Assembly: GCA_918797485.1 (NCBI GenBank)
Contig: CAKKNE010000001.1
Location: 434,001 to 498,000 of the forward strand
Direction of reading: 5' to 3'
Length of the DNA: 64,000 nucleotides
DNA from: Pelagomonas calceolata
Taxonomy: Eukaryota
In this document: positions 40,126-51,573 of the stretch, piece after piece
Position numbering within the stretch: position 1 is the first letter of the stretch
Layout of the letters: each line of letters begins with the position of its first letter
Made by a program: the position numbers and the translations under genes
The notes under the pieces: model-generated
What the model was told of the DNA's origin: nothing
The model's input: only the letters and a program-made list of their open reading frames with translations
Database searches by the model: none

Positions 40126-43100
40126 CTACATCTTGAGCAGCAGCGAGATGGCCTTGGTCTCGATGGCCGCCGCGACGCGTCCGTAGAGAGCGACGCGGCG
40201 CGCCTCGAAGGAGCCGCCGGCCGGTGCCGCGAAGACGCGCAGAATAAAGTACGATCCGGGATGCACCCGCGCGAAGTCCAAATGATTCAGGGAGACCTCC
40301 ATGGGCTTGTGCTCGTCGTCGACCATGGTAGTCTTGACCTCGACCCAGGCGTCGTCGCCGCTCGACCCCTTGAGCAAGATGTCCCACGGCTCCCCTCGCT
40401 CTTCGCCCATGTTCCGCCATATAACCAACCACGAACCGGGCCCCACGGAGTCCGCGAGCTCTCCGCGCTCGGCAGCGCGCCGTAGGTACGCGGCCGCCAA
40501 CGCTTCGCCCGCCCGGCCAAGCTGCTGCTGCGCAGCCGTCGGGTCGCCGCGCGGCAGGTATCGAGAGAATTCGGTCGCGTCCTCCGGCGAGACTGGTCTC
40601 TCGCTCGCGAGGAATGACGCCAACTCGGAGCTCCGCCGCGGCACAAATGGACCCGACCCGGTGGCGCCGTCGGCACTCGAGACCGCGCCGGCGCCGCCTC
40701 CACCGCCGGTACCGCCGCCGCCACCACCTAGGTGTAAAGCGGCGAGCGCGGCCTCGATTCGGGCCGCGTCGGCCGCAGGGATACCACAGGCCTCGATATC
40801 CTCGCTGTTCAGAAGAGCGAGGTCGTCCAGGCTCTCGATGTCTTCGGCCCGCAGCCGCTCGGCGTGGTGCGCGAGATCCGCCGAGGCCAGGAAGGCCACG
40901 AGATCGAGCGGGCGCCCGCCGCTACCGCCACCGTTGCCACCGCCGCCGCCGCCGCCGCCAGAACCAAACCCAACCGGTCCCATAGCTTGGTCCCCAGCGC
41001 CCGCGCGCCATCGCGTAAGCGTCGGCTGCCGGGCCGCTGGAGCGCAAGACCTTAGGTGCCCCACCGTCGTGGTCTCGAGCGGCCGACAGCACCGGCCAGA
41101 CAAACTCCGAAAGTGCCGCGTCTCCGGGGCCCGCCGGGCGAGCGAGAAGTTCCTGCAAGGCAGCCAGCTCGGCCGCGGCGTCGCGCGCCAGGAACGCCGC
41201 ATGGAGTTCACCAACGAGTCGCGCGGCGTCAACGTCCTGCTCCGGAGCTTCAGCGACGGGCGGCGCGGGCGGCATGGGCGGCGCGGGCGAAATATCCTCC
41301 TCAGCGACGGCCGCCGCGTCGTTCTCGACGCCGTCAAACCAGTCGCCATCCGACGCGGCGGGAGCCTCCGGCGGGACCGGCGGCGGACTGCTGGGCGCGA
41401 CGCGCGGGTCGCATCGTGACGCGGAAGCCGCTTCTTTGGTCGCGTCGCGTCGCTCCACCGGCTCCGGCTCCGCCGATGGTTGGGCCGGTGGCCAGCGCTG
41501 GGCGGCCTGTGCCGCCGTCGGAGGCCAGCAGGCGCCCGGCGTCGTGTCCTCCCTCTTCTTCCGCGGCGCCTTAGCAGGCGCGGGTGCCGCCTCCTCCTCG
41601 GATTCTTCGGATTCGTCGTCGTCGTCGTCGTCGTCCTGAATAGCCGGGGGTCCTATCGGCGCGTCGTGCGCCATGGCCGCCTCGATGCCTGCCGCTTGCC
41701 ACGGCGTCTCGTCCGAAGGCAAAGGCGCGATGCCCCGGCGCTCGAAGAGGCGTTCGCCCGAAGACTTAGCCAGAACAAGGAAGTCGGTGAGCTCCGTCGC
41801 CCGATCGCCCGGGCCGCAGAGGAGTTCGGACACCGCCGAGAGTATCGCATCATAATCGTCATCCTCGAGCGTCGTCTTGGCGACGTACAGGGTCGACCCA
41901 TCGTTGATAAACGCCGCCTTCGGAACTCGAACGACTCGACCGGCCACTGAATGGACGACCTCGAGCTCGTCGCAGACGCACGCGCGGAGCCCGGCCACCG
42001 TCCTCGCCCACACAGCGCCGTTTACCTCGTAGGCCGCTGGCAGCTCCGACCGCAGCCAGCGTTGCGCGTGCGGCAACAGCGACGCGAGTTCGTCGTGCAA
42101 TTGGTGGCGCGCGAACCGCACGCCCTCAGGATACGTCTTCGTATCGACGAGCTGCGAGAGCGGCCGCACGCCCAGTTGCGCGAGGAGGGGCCGGGCCGAG
42201 GCGCTAAGCGCATCAAATTCGGCGAGCAGCCGTTCCCCGGCCGTCTGCCGTTTGGCTGCGACCGGCGGGATGACCACGCCCTCGCGCCGCGCCGCGTCGA
42301 GGCGCTCCGCCAGCCAGGACTCCTGCTGGTCCCTTGGAATGCCGAGCATGGTCAAATCTACGGGATCCGGTTTCGCGACATCCGGCTCCACGATGGCGAT
42401 GGCAGAGGCGACGTCCGCCTTCTTGTCCGCGAAGAGCGCCTCGCGCAGCGCCGGGGCGTCATCTATCGCAAGGAGCACGTCGTCGCCGGACGCCTCGAAG
42501 GTGCCGGCGAGCGTCGGCCAGACCCGCTTGCCTTTTAGGAGATGTGGGACGAAGTCGGCGGTCGGGTAGGCCGACAGGCAGCCCGTCAGGATTTCGAAGG
42601 ACACGACCATCAACACCTTGAGGACGTCGTCCCGCTTCGAGGTGTAGGGCGCGTCTGACGCCGCGAGCGCCGCCGCGATCGTGAAATGGGATTCCAGCGG
42701 CGCCGCTTGGGCGAGCAGGGCCTTCGGTAGACCTGAAGATATGCCGTTGTCGACGCAGTTGCGGCATCCTGCTGTGCCGCGGGCACCGAGGCGCCCAGCA
42801 AAGCAGGCGGAGCAGAACATGCGGCACCAGAAGCGCTGCAGGGTGGCGTAGTGCCGCTGGAGCACGCGCGGCGCCTCGACGCCGCGGTGGACGCAGGAGT
42901 CCAGAACCCGGCTATGGTCGGCCCAGACACAGGCGTCGAGCGCGTAGAAGCGGCCCGGCACGCGCTTCAGCTTGCCGTCTTCGTCGCGGAACGAACCGTC
43001 GTAGCGGTCGCGGGGCACGGTGGCGGCCTCGTAGCGGTAGTCGGGCACCCAGACGCACGGCCGGTCCTTCGCGGCGAAGAACGCTCGGACAGCATCGCCG

Positions 43101-46100
43101 TGCGCGCCGACAAGCTCGCTCGCCAGCAAGCGATAGAGCGACTCCATGTGCGCCACAGACGTCTCGAAGGCTCCGCCTTCCGCGGCCCAGGTTTCCAGCA
43201 GCGCGAGCGCGTCGTTGGCGCCGAACGTCTTACGCAGGCCCAGCCGCTGATACGCGGTCGCGTTGTCGCGCAGCACCTTTCGCAGGTTCGGCGTAGGCAT
43301 GGGAGCGAAGCCGCCGCCGTACCTCTCCGCGTCGTTATTGAGGGGGGAATAAAGGTCTCGAGGTCGGAAGAGGCGGACGGCGCCCGACGTCCCCCCGCCG
43401 GGCAGCCAAGCAGTCTCCGAGAGAAGCATGGCCAGCGAACTCAGTACAGTAGCAGTCGTTCCGACGTGTACCTGACTGGGCACCAAAGCGCCGCCTTTTG
43501 GCACTGCGGCGCCGACGCGCGCGATCGTCGCCGTGGACGCCGCGGCCATGGCGCACGTCGTCGCCACTTCACACAGCGCGGCAATAACCCACTGTTTTGG
43601 CCGCTCGTCGCGCGACAGCTCCTCCAGTAGGCTTTTCAGCGTCTCGCTGTGCAAATCCCTCGCCTCGAGCGCGGCCTCGGAACTGAGGCCCGCCTTCGCG
43701 GCGGCGGCGGCCCAGGTCTCGGGCCAGGCGTCGCGCGGGACCACGCGAGGCCGAGGCTTCGGGCCTTCCACGCAGCCGACGTCCCGGAGGAGCTCGACCC
43801 AGGCTTGGGGGCGTCCAGAAGTCGGTCCCGCGAGCTCGCCGATGGCGGCGTAGCTCCACCCGAGGCGTCGTGCCAGCGTACCAAGCTCCGCTAAAGCATC
43901 GCTAGACGCGCCGTGCTCTCGCGCGAGGAATACGTCGGCGTCGCGCGGAAACGCGACGCCACGGCTCTCGAATCCCTTCTTGCCGTCGGCGGCCCGCACG
44001 CAGACGGGTACGGCGGCATCGTGTAGGCGCTTGATGATTTCCTCCCTTTTGCCGCGCTCTACCTTGGCCTGGAGACCTCGTCGGCCCTCGCCCTTGGCGA
44101 GCAGCGCTCTTATTAACCGCCAGTAGGCTATGACAGTGCTCCGATCACAACCGCCCTCCACGAGCGCCGGAATCACGTGCTGAGTGACGACAGTATCCGG
44201 GGAGGCATCGACGACGCCCGCGTCGCGTAACACGCTCAGCACCATCGGCCGCGCGGGCGCCGCGGCGAGCAACGACGCGTCGACGATGCGCAATTTCTCC
44301 TTAACAGTATCGAAGCAGTCGAGCGTCGCCGCCTTCTGGTCGCTCTGCTGGAACACGTAGATCGGCGCGTCGTCGACGCACCCGAGGCCTCCACCCGCGA
44401 GCGGAATCACCGATAGGCCCTGTAGCTCGGCCTTCGAGGCGCGCGAGAGGCCGCCGCGCTTGCCCGCCGCGCGATACAGGAGCACGGCCCACTGGCGGAA
44501 GAGAGCCGGCGTGAGACGGCCGGCAGCTGCCAGAGCCTTGCCGAGCTTCAGCGCGTGCGCCGCATCGAGCTCCTCGACGCCGAGCGCGGCCAGCGTCTGC
44601 GGCCGCAACCGGAGCTGGAAGCCCGCGTCGAGGGGCCACAGGTCAAGGCGCGCGAACTCGGCCGCGAGTTGTGACGACGGGTCGATGCGCAGGCGCTCCG
44701 GCACGGCGAGCGCCTTCGACGGCAACACCCAGGACCCATCCGCCGCGAGGACGCAGGGGACGCCTCGGACCCGCCGTGCGATGTCCGCAGCGAGCGGCCG
44801 GAAGAAGCCGACGACCTCATGCTCGACGGGCAGCGCGTCGAGCACCCGCGCGACGCCGAAGCCGTCGAGCGCTTGTCCCGCGCCAGCTTGCACCGCGCGC
44901 AAGGCGTCGACGTAGAGCGATGCAGCCTCGGACCGGAGCCACTGGTTCCAGGCCGAGTCCTCGCGTACAGTCTCTCGGCTCGAGGCCAGGATCCAGTCAG
45001 CGTGCAGCACGAAGGCGAGGTTTGCCGGTGCTATCGGCAGAAAGGCAAAGACCGGGAGCGGCTCGTCGTCGGCGCGGCGCGCGGCGCCCGCGTCGAAGGC
45101 CGCGGCGAGCACCGTCTTCGCCGCGTCGCCGCGCCGCGCCCAGGACACCGTCTCGACCTCGCGCTTGACCACCAGCCACGTCGTCGTGGTCTCGCCGCCG
45201 CCGACTGCGTCCGTCAGGGTCACGACGGATGCCGTCCCCGAAGCCACGTCCTGGCGCCGCATCGACCGCGTTGTCGCGGCATCCTCTTCATCACCCGACC
45301 GTTCGACCACATCGATGCGCCGGACGCGGTTCAAGAAGAGGAGCAGCAACGGGTCGATCTCGCCGATCTTTTCTGCTAGCTCCGCCCGTTTAGCCTCGCC
45401 CCGGAACTCTTCCGTGAGCGGCAGCAGAATCGTCGTCCCCTGTGCTGGCACTTTTTTTAGCCCGGCCGCGGCGAGCCACGTTCGACACGCCGGTGAGGCG
45501 TCGACGCACGGCCGCGGCACGACCATGTGCTGGTCGAGCGAGAATGCGTAGCCGCGCGAGTGGATCTCGGGCCGGTCCGACACGCGGAAGACGCTCTTGA
45601 AGCCGATGCCCTTCTGACCGATGTATCCGCTGCCGCCCACGCCCTTGCTGCTCGCGCCGACGTGGCAGAGCGCTCTCACATGCCGTTCTCTGAAACCGGT
45701 TTCGTTGTTCCGCACGACGATGGAGTCCGGCGAGGCGTCAAAGACGATCGTCGGCGTCGCGTTCGAGGGATAGTCGTTGTCGTCCGCGTTTTGCAGGAGT
45801 TCGAGTAAGAAATGCGAGTCCTTGCTATAAATGTCGCGCGCGATCACCTTCAGCGCGTTGTCGAGCGCCTGCAGCTGGAGGCTCTGCGACACGTCGATGC
45901 TCGCATCGACGGTGTCGAGGCCAAAGCCCTTACGGATGTCCGCCAGGACGGCGGCCGGGGCTTCGTCACCTTCGTCGGCGACTGGGGCGGCGGCCGCGAC
46001 GTCGTCGGCGGGGAGCGACGGTGCATCGGCGTCGTTCGCGGCGCGCGCGTCGTTCTCGACGTCCTCTGTTTCTGTAGCGACCGCCTCGGCAGTCGTTGCG

Positions 46101-48691
46101 CCGGCGTCGGTGTCCACCGTCGGTGCCTTGGCAATTGGAGCGACAGCTACTGGCGGCGCCTTCGCTCGCTTGGGCGGTGAATCGACTATTTTCCAGTAGT
46201 CCTCAAGAAGCAAAGGGTAGGTCCGCGAGCCGTCGATGTCCTCCGCGCGCACGGCGAGATCGTGCAGCGCGCCGACCGCATCTCCCGCCGCCGCGAGAAG
46301 ATCCGCCTCCGTCCGCTTCGTGCTGCCGCGTTGAGCCTCGAGGGCTGGCACGAGGGCGTCGGCGACGGATGGCCGGAGCGGACCCGGCGTTCGTAGCAAA
46401 GACTGGCACACAAATGCCGGGACGTCGGCCCCCTCGGCGCCGAGGCGCAACAGGGCCTCGCCGAAGCACGCGCGCAGGAGCTCCGGAGCCGCGTCGCCGC
46501 GCGCCATGAGCGTCACCGCGTGCGCCGTCGCGGTGGACGCGTCGCCGGCCACCGCCGCCGCGCCGAGCTCCTCGAATGACGCGTCGGACCGCAGCTTGTG
46601 CACAGAGCCGTCCGTGACGACCACCGAGACGCCGCACGTCGCGCAGAAATCAGCGAGATCACCGTGGCGGCGCTCGTGCCCCGCCGCGCGCCAGCGGAGC
46701 CGCGCTGAGAGATCTTCGAGGTCCGGGGCCGAGGCCACGGCGCGGGCGAGGCGGTCGCCGGCCGACGCCGTCGCTGAGGCGCGCGGCGTGCCAGGCGCGA
46801 CATAGTCGACGACGTGCTCGCGGACCTCGGGCCGCGCGTTGGAAGCGCACCGCGCGGCGAACGCGGCGACGTCGACCCCGCAGCCGAGAGCCGCCAAGTC
46901 GGCCACGCCGGCCCGCGCCGCGAGCGCCGCCCGCGCGCCGTCGCCGGCCAGCACGTCGGGGCCGAGCGTAGCGGCGGCCGTCGCTACGCGCTCCGCAAAC
47001 CGTGGAGGCGCGGGTCCGCCGCCGCCGCCTCCGACAAGGGCCCGGACGCCCTCGTCCTCGTCGGCCGCCGCCGCCAGCCAGGCGGCGAAGGAGCCGCCAG
47101 CGAACGCGTCGGCGCCCGCGCGCGCTGTTAAAGCTGCTTCGAGCGCGGCGAGGGCCTGGAGCGGAGAGTCTGGCGCCGCGGCGAGGACTTCCTCGCACGC
47201 GTCGGCGAGCGCCGCGAGCGCGGCGGCGCCGTCGCCTGCCTCCTTGTCTTCCTCGTCGCCCGCGTCGGCTTTGCCGGCGAAGCGCTTGCACACCGTCCGC
47301 GCGAGAAGATCCGCCGCGTCGGGCGCGCGGGCCGCGAAGGCCAGGAAGCTGCCGCGGCGGAGGGCGTCGATCGACGGCACCTGGAGCCGCTCGACGAGCG
47401 CCGCCTCCGCGGCGGCCAGCGCCGCCACGACGGACGGGTGGTCGTCGTCGCCGCTGTCGAGGGCGAGGCTCAGCTCGCGCGACAAGTCCTCGTCCGAGAG
47501 ACCGCGCGCCTCCTCGATAGTCCGGCGCGAGGCCTCGACGTCGACGCCGCTGCCCACGAGCGTGAGCGCGTAGCACGCGGCGAGCTCCGCGACCGCGGCG
47601 GCGTGTTTCGCGTATTTCCGCGGGCGGCGACGGACCGCCTCGACGACGTCTCCGGCGAGGTTCGCCGCCACAACGTCGAAGCGGTCCGTCGCCGCCCAGC
47701 CCGCGGCGTCGGCGGCGAGATCCCGCGCCGCCGTCGAGAGCACCGCGGCCGTGCGGACCGCGCCCTTGCCCGCGGCCTCCTGGGTTTTGAGCTCGGCCTT
47801 ATATTCGGCTTTGCTCTCGTTTACGAGCTCCCGCATGGCCTTCTCGCGCGCGGCCTTCGCGTCGCGCCCGGCCTTGCCCGAGAACTTAATCATGCTGCCA
47901 ATCGCGTACTTGTTCACCGCGACGCAGAGCGAGCGGGGCGAGGACGCGCCGCGCTTCGCGGCGAGCCAGTTCAGGAACGCCACAAGTTCGACGTTCTTGA
48001 AATTTTTCGTTTCGGTCCTATATCTGTGGAGGCCCTTCAGGACGTCGCCGAGGCTGAGCTGGGGAATCGTGCGCAGCGCCGGGTCCGGGAGAAACTTGGA
48101 CCCGACGAGCGGTTGCTGCAGGAGCGGTCCGAGCCGCAGCTCGTCGAAGCTCTCCCGCAGGCCGTGGACCGACACGAGCTCGGCCTCGAGATCGAACAAC
48201 GTCGCGACGAAGCGCGACTCGACGAAGGCAGAGATCTGCAGCTCGACGAGGCCCTCGAGGTGTCGCAACGCCCGCAGCTCGTCGACGTCCTGGATGCGCA
48301 GCCCGAGTTCGTCCAGGTACCGCACGCCGAGCGCGAGGCACGTCTGGTCCAGCAGCTCGAGTAGGCGCACGGCCTCGCCCTTCTCGCACAAGCGCTTCCG
48401 CAGCGTCTTGGCGTGTTTTGACACGACCTTCGGGTCCGCACGGGCCACGGCGCTCTTCGACGGCGTGGCGCCCCGCGGCGCGCCGCAGCGGTGGCACTCT
48501 CGGCGCGAGGCAAAGTTGCCGGACGTCTCGCAGCGGCGACACGTCCAGTCGCCGCCCGTGGCGCCGCCCTTGCCACCCTTGCCGCGCCCGCGGCCTCTTC
48601 CGCCGCGACCACCATTCACAGCGTCGCCGCCCTTGCCGCCAGCGACGACTCTGAAGCCGCCAGCGCCGCGGCCTCCCCGAGGTGAGGGCAT
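40126..48691 (-). CDS. NO VEIN/sacsin-like protein: RanBP2 Zn finger, GHKL-type ATPase, then SAM and DUF3883-like nuclease domain in a shifted frame
   Basis: GDWTCRRC...NFASRRECHRC; SFDELRLGPLLQQPLV; IYSKDSHFLLELLQNADDN, NNETGF, IGQKGIGFKSVF. ORF 40126-41349 carries a SAM-like segment and GRAGEALA...PWDI...WVEVKTT. The frame join near 40.95-41.1 kb is unresolved. Confidence 0.8.
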
Positions 48692-48914
48692 GATGCTACC
48701 TGTGATCAGCTGTGATTGCCCGCGGACGCGGCTCACACAGTGGGGCCAAATGACCTATATCCTGGAGAGCTTGCAACGTGAGCGCCGCTGCGTAAATTTG
48801 AGCAGCCACACTGTTGCGAGAGCGCGAGCAGCGATGTCACAACCTGCCAATTCGTGCAGCCAAAGCGGGCACGAGGTGTGAAGGCACAGCCGCTTTTATG
48901 AAAAACCTAATCAA

Positions 48915-48936
48915 CTAGCGACCTGTAAGATACTAG
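48915..48936 (-). promoter_or_regulatory. Intergenic motif copy CTAGTATCTTACAGGTCGCTAG
   Basis: Upstream of the NO VEIN-like gene. Confidence 0.6.
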
Positions 48937-48960
48937 AAAGTTTAACACACAGTGCTTAGT

Positions 48961-49050
48961 CGCCACCTCTCAGCACTCCCGCTCCCGCGACGCCACCTCT
49001 CAGCACTCCCGCTCCCGCGACGCCACCTCTCAGCACTCCCGCTCCCGCGG
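48961..49050. repeat. 30-nt tandem repeat x3 spanning the Pol X stop codon
   Basis: CGCCACCTCTCAGCACTCCCGCTCCCGCGA x3, with the last base differing in the third copy. Confidence 0.97.
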
Positions 49051-51000
49051 CTCCAAGTACTCGAGGTGGAAGAACTCGAACACGTCCTTCTCCGTGCGCA
49101 GCGACGCGTTGTCCTCGACGTAGACGTCCGTGCGCTCGTCGTGCCGCGACCCCTCCGCGATGTAGATGCCGTGCTTGCCCCAGGCCCAGTGCTCGCCGGG
49201 ACCCAGCTCGCGCCCTTCCACCCGCCGCACCTTCTCGCCCGTCGGCGAGAGCTCCCAGCCCGCGCGACCCACAATCGGTTTTTGATCGGGCACGTGCTTC
49301 CAATTGCCCTCGTGAGCCTTCTTGGCGTACTCGGCCAGCGACCGCTGGAAGCCCGTGCTCCCGGACCAGCCGATGACGGCATGGGCATAAATATCCGTCG
49401 GGGCGAGGATGATGTCCAGCCGGCGGACCTGCGGCAGCAGACGTGATCAAGGGACGACGCCGCGTCGACGGCGAAGGGAGGCGACGCAATGATTCGGACG
49501 CGGGCGCGGTACGGCTCCGTGCACCTTCGGCGAGAGGCAGAAAGCGTGCTTCGTATTCAACTTGGGTAACCGGCCGCCCGCGTTCCCAAAGATCTCGCCT
49601 CCGCTGGAGCGGTGCGGATGGAGAAAGCCCGGCGGTCCAAACTGGTCAACCGCCTTGAAGAATCGCGCCATGAGTTCGTTGCCCAGCCCCGTCGGAGACT
49701 CGAACGCGTAGGCGCGCGCGTCGATGAGCGGCCCATCTAATGGCGCGTGGATGATCACGTCGACGTCGTGGCCACCGACTTTTCCGCGGCGCCAGCTGCC
49801 CACGACGGTCATGTGAAGCCCGATGAAGCGCGCGGCGCTTTCGAGGATGCCGTGAATCTGCTTCGTCTCCTGCACGTCCATGGGGATGTGCGAGTTCGGG
49901 TATGCGTCGGAGCCGCATGGAGCCAATTCCAACTTCCGCCTCAACACATCAGAGATGGGCAGCTCGCGGCGCCGGTCGACCAGGTCGCGGGCGCCTGTGT
50001 GGAAATCAAAATTTTACGGCACGTTCGTGCTGAATCGTCGCGTCGACCTCCACGCCATCGACGCGATGCCTGCTCGATGGCATGCACCCGACGCACTGGT
50101 TGATTTCCACACAGGCGGGCGCCCCGGACGCCGTGCTTCCGCGCGAGGGCCTCCATCTGTTTTTTGGTGATGCCCATGTGCCTGCGGCGAGCAATCCGTC
50201 ACCCCATCCGAACGAAGACGACTGGACGCGGCTTCGCACATCTCCGTGATCTCTTTTACGGCCACACGAACCGGATCTTTCTCCCAGAACGTGAACGCGT
50301 CGACGCGTTGCAAGGCGGGCAGGCCGCCGGTCACGAGCTGCTCGAGGTAGGCGAGCCAGCCGCCGTTCGCGCTCGACGACCGCCCGGACATGAAGTGCTG
50401 CTTCGCGAGGAGCATGCGCTGGTCCTCCCAGTTCTCCGGCGTGATTTTGGTGGGCCACGACCGAATTAACGCGATGACCTTGTACGTGAGGCCGACGGCC
50501 GTGTGCTGGCTCGCGTCGCCCTCTATACACCCGTTCTGCCACCACTCGAGCTGCTGCTTGAGCCAGCCCGTGAGTTGTTTATTTTGATCATCTGCTTTTG
50601 TAATCTTGCGCTGGCAACCGAACTTGGGCAGGACGTCGGACCGCCGCGCCGGCGCGGCCTCCTCCGGTCGTTCCTCGACGGCGCCCCAGGCGTGGGCCGC
50701 GGCGTTCTGGCGCTCGTTGCGCGCGATCGAGTCCGTGAGCCAGCGGTCGCCGACGAGCTGCGCGGCGCCGGCCTTGGCCCGCACGGTCGCGGGGTCGACG
50801 TTCTCCGCGGCGATCACGACGAAGTCGTTGCCTTCCTTGAGCGAGGCGGCTTGCGACGGCTTGAGGAACGCGGCGCCGGCGCCGATCTTCGCCTCCCAGA
50901 GCTTGCGCTGGAACGGGTTGGCGCCGATGACCGTGATTTTCGCACCGGCGAAGCAGGCTAACGGCGGCGCGGCGGTCTTGGCCTTCTTCTTGGGCGCCAT
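49030..51000 (-). CDS. Family X DNA polymerase (lambda/mu-like) with N-terminal BRCT; introns 50182-50239, 49995-50122, about 49429-49512
   Basis: BRCT-like N-terminus (LVGDRWLTDSI); VVGSWRRGKVGGHDVDVII; RRLDIIL; GWSGSTGFQRSL; TEKDVFEFFHLEYLEPRER. Three introns restore one frame. Confidence 0.9.
49995..50114. mobile_element. Intact 120-bp non-autonomous TIR element (Introner) with 8-bp TSD GCGGGCGC
   Basis: Perfect 15-bp TIRs CTGTGTGGAAATCAA (49995-50009) / TTGATTTCCACACAG (50100-50114); direct repeat GCGGGCGC at 49987-49994 and 50115-50122. Confidence 0.97.
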
Positions 51001-51296
51001 GTCTTGACGCGTCGGCGGCGTGTGCGCTTCTGCGGTTGTACGCTGCGAGAACCTGACGCGTCGGCGGCGTCAGCGCTGTGCGCTTTGAGCCGTGGCGCTG
51101 TACAAATATGTGTACCGCGAGCTGTGCGATTTGACCTGGCGCTGCGCAAACTGACAGCGAGATCTGGGCTAAGCTGGGCGCGCGCAGCTCACGGAGGGCA
51201 GTGGACAGCTTAATAATTTGAAATCGAGCAGCGCCGAGCCTCAAGCGAGCGCTTTAGGTCGCTAAGACCTTTCTCGCAGACCAGCCGCGGCGGCAG

Positions 51297-51318
51297 CTAG
51301 CGGACTGTAAGACACTAG
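51297..51318 (-). promoter_or_regulatory. Intergenic motif copy CTAGTGTCTTACAGTCCGCTAG
   Basis: Between the divergent Pol X and mucin-like genes. Confidence 0.6.
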
Positions 51319-51573
51319 CAAGCAAGCAGAAGCATACAAAATACCACTCCCAAAGCTCAAGGCAACGGAGAGACCTCGCACGCAACACTGAGCCACCAAA
51401 AACCCGGGCTGCCATTGCCGATGCGGTTAGATCAGCGCCTCGCGCGAGCCTGCCCAAGACGGGCACGATGGGTAGCCAAGCGCCGGCAGCCCGGAAATGG
51501 GTTCGACGAATAACGAATAGCACCTTAACGTTTCAATAGCCTATGGCAGCCCCATAGCACAGACAAGGCCAGC

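Noticed and set aside
48961..49050. Possible CRISPR-like array of 30-nt repeats
   Set aside because: Units are directly adjacent with no spacers, there are no cas genes, and the context is eukaryotic.
36456..51000. MOV10-like helicase, NO VEIN-like ATPase/nuclease and Pol X as a defence gene cluster
   Set aside because: All three are widespread eukaryotic genes. Adjacency in a compact genome is not evidence of a joint system without conserved synteny.
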